From NCBI GenBank assembly GCA_963759805.1, contig CAVXAT010000013.1, positions 1 through 17,728 of the forward strand: a DNA stretch of 17,728 bases, written 5' to 3'. Shown here in pieces: positions 15,327 through 17,728 of this stretch. The notes below the pieces were generated by a model. The model was not told the DNA's origin and ran no database searches. It worked only from the letters and a program-made list of their open reading frames with translations. Source of the DNA: an uncultured bacterium. GTDB taxonomy: Bacteria > Babelota > Babeliae > Babelales > RVW-14. Both the position numbers and the translations under genes were made by a program. The stretch's first letter is position 1. Each line of letters opens with the position of its first letter.

Positions 15327-17012
15327 TTACTTCTCTGCTTCTTTCAATTTCAGCTTTACTGAAAATTTAACACCACCGTCAGGCATAATACTAGTACTTA
15401 TCGGATCCTCGAGCAGCGTAAACATAGGTGATTCTTTAAATCGCAATTCAATTGGAATCCAATCGTTAAAGTGTGACCCACTGCCTTGTTTTGATTTAAA
15501 CGATCCCTCAACATCAATCTCAACCCCACCTTTATCTTTTGAGTTAATCGACAAATCCGTAAAATTGATACTGTTTCGCATCTTGTCTGCAATACTTGTC
15601 AGCTCAAGCATTATTTCAAGAGGATTAAGCCGTTCTTTTCCAAAAGCGGACCACATATCAGTTTTGTCTCTCAATAATTTTTGTGCTTCTTGAACAAATG
15701 CCTGTAATGTTTGCTTTTTAGGCATATGATCTTTGGGGAAGATAGCTTTTAATCTAGAAATTTCGGTTTTTTCCGTCCTGTTAAGTGTATCATTCAATTT
15801 GGATATCTGCATGTACCCATTAAATCCTATTACCACAAATATTGCTACCAAAAGTACCCCTACAGCAACAATCTGCTTGCTAACCAATTGATAGTTAACT
15901 AAAGCAAAACCCTTTCTTCGTAAATCAAATTGATCCTGTTCAAAACAGGGGATTGCCGTACCAAGAGCGGTAACAAAATCAACCGTTCCATAATCAATAT
16001 TTTTAAGATGTTTTTTAACGGACTTAATTTCAAAAACTTTATGCCAATCAAAACTTTCGCAAGGAATCTGCAAAGTGTCGCTGCACAGTTTAACAAAACC
16101 TTTCACCTGATTCGCTTTTTGAGTAAAAATTATTTTTGTTATTTCATCATAAAAATTAAGTTTCAGACTGAATGAGTTTAATGTAAATTGAATATCATTG
16201 AAAAAGTTTATAAATTGATTTTGAAAAATTTTAGCCAACGCATCACCACCGGCTGAATTAACACCATTTAGATTTAGATGGTCCTTTACTTTTTCGGCAT
16301 CTATACCTGCCTCTTCACTTATATTTTTTACAATCGACATAATTCCGCGAGGAATAGTACGGGTTAAACGAAGTTCCCCATTTTGCAAAAATGCAATCCT
16401 CGTTGATAGGTCACCAACCTCAATCAAAATGCTACCCTTTTCAATTGAGGCATAATCAGAAATCTGTTTATATAAACCATACGTCGCAAACAGGTCAATA
16501 GTTATGTGATCAGGCTCAACCCCCGCTTGCCTGTAAATATCGAGCTCAGCTTGCAAGTCTTGATTTTGAACTGCAGCCACCAAAACTTGTGTCGATCGTT
16601 GTTCCTTATCACGCTTGGTGATTATAAAATCAATAACTGCGTTGCTTACTGGAAATGGAAGCATTGATTCAATTTCATAATCAAGCACCATTCTAATTTT
16701 TTCAGTATCATCAAAAGGAACCTGCAATTCTTTAAATGTCACAATTGATGCCGGAATTGCAACGCGTATTTGATCAAACTTTTTAACCTGTGACATTATT
16801 TTTTTAATTGCTTCAGAGGCACGCTGCGCATATGGCTGACCGGAATCAGAAGATAACTTTTCAAAGAGAAGCTCTTCAACAATCGTTTTGCCACGTTTAG
16901 CATAAACAAGAGCAAGAATAGCCATATCATCTTGAAGAGAAAGACCGACAATTCTCTGTGCAATTATTCTTCTGTTTCCAATTTTTTCAGGTAAAAAAAT
17001 ATTTTTTATCAT
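15327..17012 (-). CDS. GspL-like / PilM-PilN fusion protein
   Basis: Actin-like cytoplasmic domain (IVGLSL, LQVPF, ESMLPFPVSNAVIDF, VLVAAV, LIEVGDLSTRIAF, TALGTAI), then FDLR, a single TM and a periplasmic domain. ATGA overlap with the upstream gene. Confidence 0.8.
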   Translation of the reverse strand: MIKNIFLPEKIGNRRIIAQRIVGLSLQDDMAILALVYAKRGKTIVEELLFEKLSSDSGQPYAQRASEAIKKIMSQVKKFDQIRVAIPASIVTFKELQVPFDDTEKIRMVLDYEIESMLPFPVSNAVIDFIITKRDKEQRSTQVLVAAVQNQDLQAELDIYRQAGVEPDHITIDLFATYGLYKQISDYASIEKGSILIEVGDLSTRIAFLQNGELRLTRTIPRGIMSIVKNISEEAGIDAEKVKDHLNLNGVNSAGGDALAKIFQNQFINFFNDIQFTLNSFSLKLNFYDEITKIIFTQKANQVKGFVKLCSDTLQIPCESFDWHKVFEIKSVKKHLKNIDYGTVDFVTALGTAIPCFEQDQFDLRRKGFALVNYQLVSKQIVAVGVLLVAIFVVIGFNGYMQISKLNDTLNRTEKTEISRLKAIFPKDHMPKKQTLQAFVQEAQKLLRDKTDMWSAFGKERLNPLEIMLELTSIADKMRNSINFTDLSINSKDKGGVEIDVEGSFKSKQGSGSHFNDWIPIELRFKESPMFTLLEDPISTSIMPDGGVKFSVKLKLKEAEK

Positions 17013-17728
17013 GTTAAATTCTCTTTTTTGTTTGCAGCTTGAGCTCCATGGCTTTTAGCCAAAGATGGATTTTTTGATAAAAATTCTTTCAACCTGTTCC
17101 GTTTTATCATATCAAAATTCAAGTCCTGCGAACGTCGTGCGTTAACCTTAGGTTCAGGAGCCAGCAAACTCTTAAATTCATCACGCTTAAGCTTTGCTTG
17201 TGAATTAATCTGTGGAGCTTGGACCGGAACGGTTTGAGCTGGAACAGTCGCAACTGGGACAACTTTAACCGAAGCAGTTTCAACGGAGACGGTTGACTGG
17301 GCAGGTGATGGCTCTTGCGATATGAAATTTTTAAACTCTTCTCTTTTTACCTGTTCAATAACAGGTTGTGGCGAAACATTTTGCGCTTGCGCTTTTATCA
17401 CCGGAGTTTGCACTGTTTGAACCTGATTATTCGCCGGCATTTCCTGCACTGAACCCGGCGTTGGGCCTAACGGTGTAACAGCCGGCTGCGAAACACTTGG
17501 TTGTGATGCACCTGGTTTTTGAATATTTGAAGCCGAGAGACTCTTTGTTTCTTCTGGCTTTACTGCTTTTGCAACACTATCTCGAATTTGGCTTGCTGGC
17601 TCATTATCATCATCGCCATTACCACGCTTCTCTGCCTCAGTTTCAGCCCGAACGGTTTGGGCGCGATAATAAGGGTCATTTTTAATATCAACAGTTGTAG
17701 GTTGATAACGAGCATTTGCAAAATCAAT
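17009..17728 (-). CDS. 3' part of a large protein, probably a second secretin paralog with a low-complexity C-terminal tail (5' end outside window)
   Basis: The frame is open from 17728 to TGA 17011-17009 (239 aa); the track shows only the last 146 aa. DFANARYQPTTVDIKNDPYYR aligns ungapped at 10/21 with the GspD C-terminal DFVFAKSMPRMVNIKGDSYYK. Confidence 0.65.
   Translation of the reverse strand: MDFANARYQPTTVDIKNDPYYRAQTVRAETEAEKRGNGDDDNEPASQIRDSVAKAVKPEETKSLSASNIQKPGASQPSVSQPAVTPLGPTPGSVQEMPANNQVQTVQTPVIKAQAQNVSPQPVIEQVKREEFKNFISQEPSPAQSTVSVETASVKVVPVATVPAQTVPVQAPQINSQAKLKRDEFKSLLAPEPKVNARRSQDLNFDMIKRNRLKEFLSKNPSLAKSHGAQAANKKENLT

Noticed and set aside
12508..16175. Short ORFs within the secretion genes
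   Set aside because: Antisense or alternate-frame shadows of long, motif-bearing CDSs.
17009..17449. 146-aa ORF as a complete standalone gene
   Set aside because: The frame stays open to the window edge; the GTG at 17449 is probably internal.

Overview
Low-GC bacterial chromosomal window. The gene content (signal-peptide-bearing orphans, an ATAD3-like ATPase, an atypical type II secretion cluster) suggests an intracellular protist-associated bacterium such as Candidatus Dependentiae/Babelota; this is inference only. Left to right: (1) a partial ATAD3-like AAA+ ATPase missed by the ORF track, two hypothetical envelope proteins and glyA; (2) a ~2.5 kb accessory islet bounded by two copies of the palindrome GGCTGCG-N4-CGCAGCC, holding a Schlafen/AlbA_2-HATPase-HTH gene with a TGAGTC(GATT) repeat array over its promoter, plus a DinJ/RelB-YafQ toxin-antitoxin pair whose toxin is split by a 232-bp GC-rich MITE (15-bp imperfect TIRs, TTA duplication; precise removal restores an 88-aa YafQ); (3) efp-nusB-kdsA, a secreted hypothetical, a frameshifted class I aldolase, a LOG-family gene and thpR; (4) a type II secretion-like operon (secretin, GspM/PilO-like, GspL/PilM-N-like, and the 3' part of a probable second secretin). 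No rRNA, tRNA or CRISPR array was seen.
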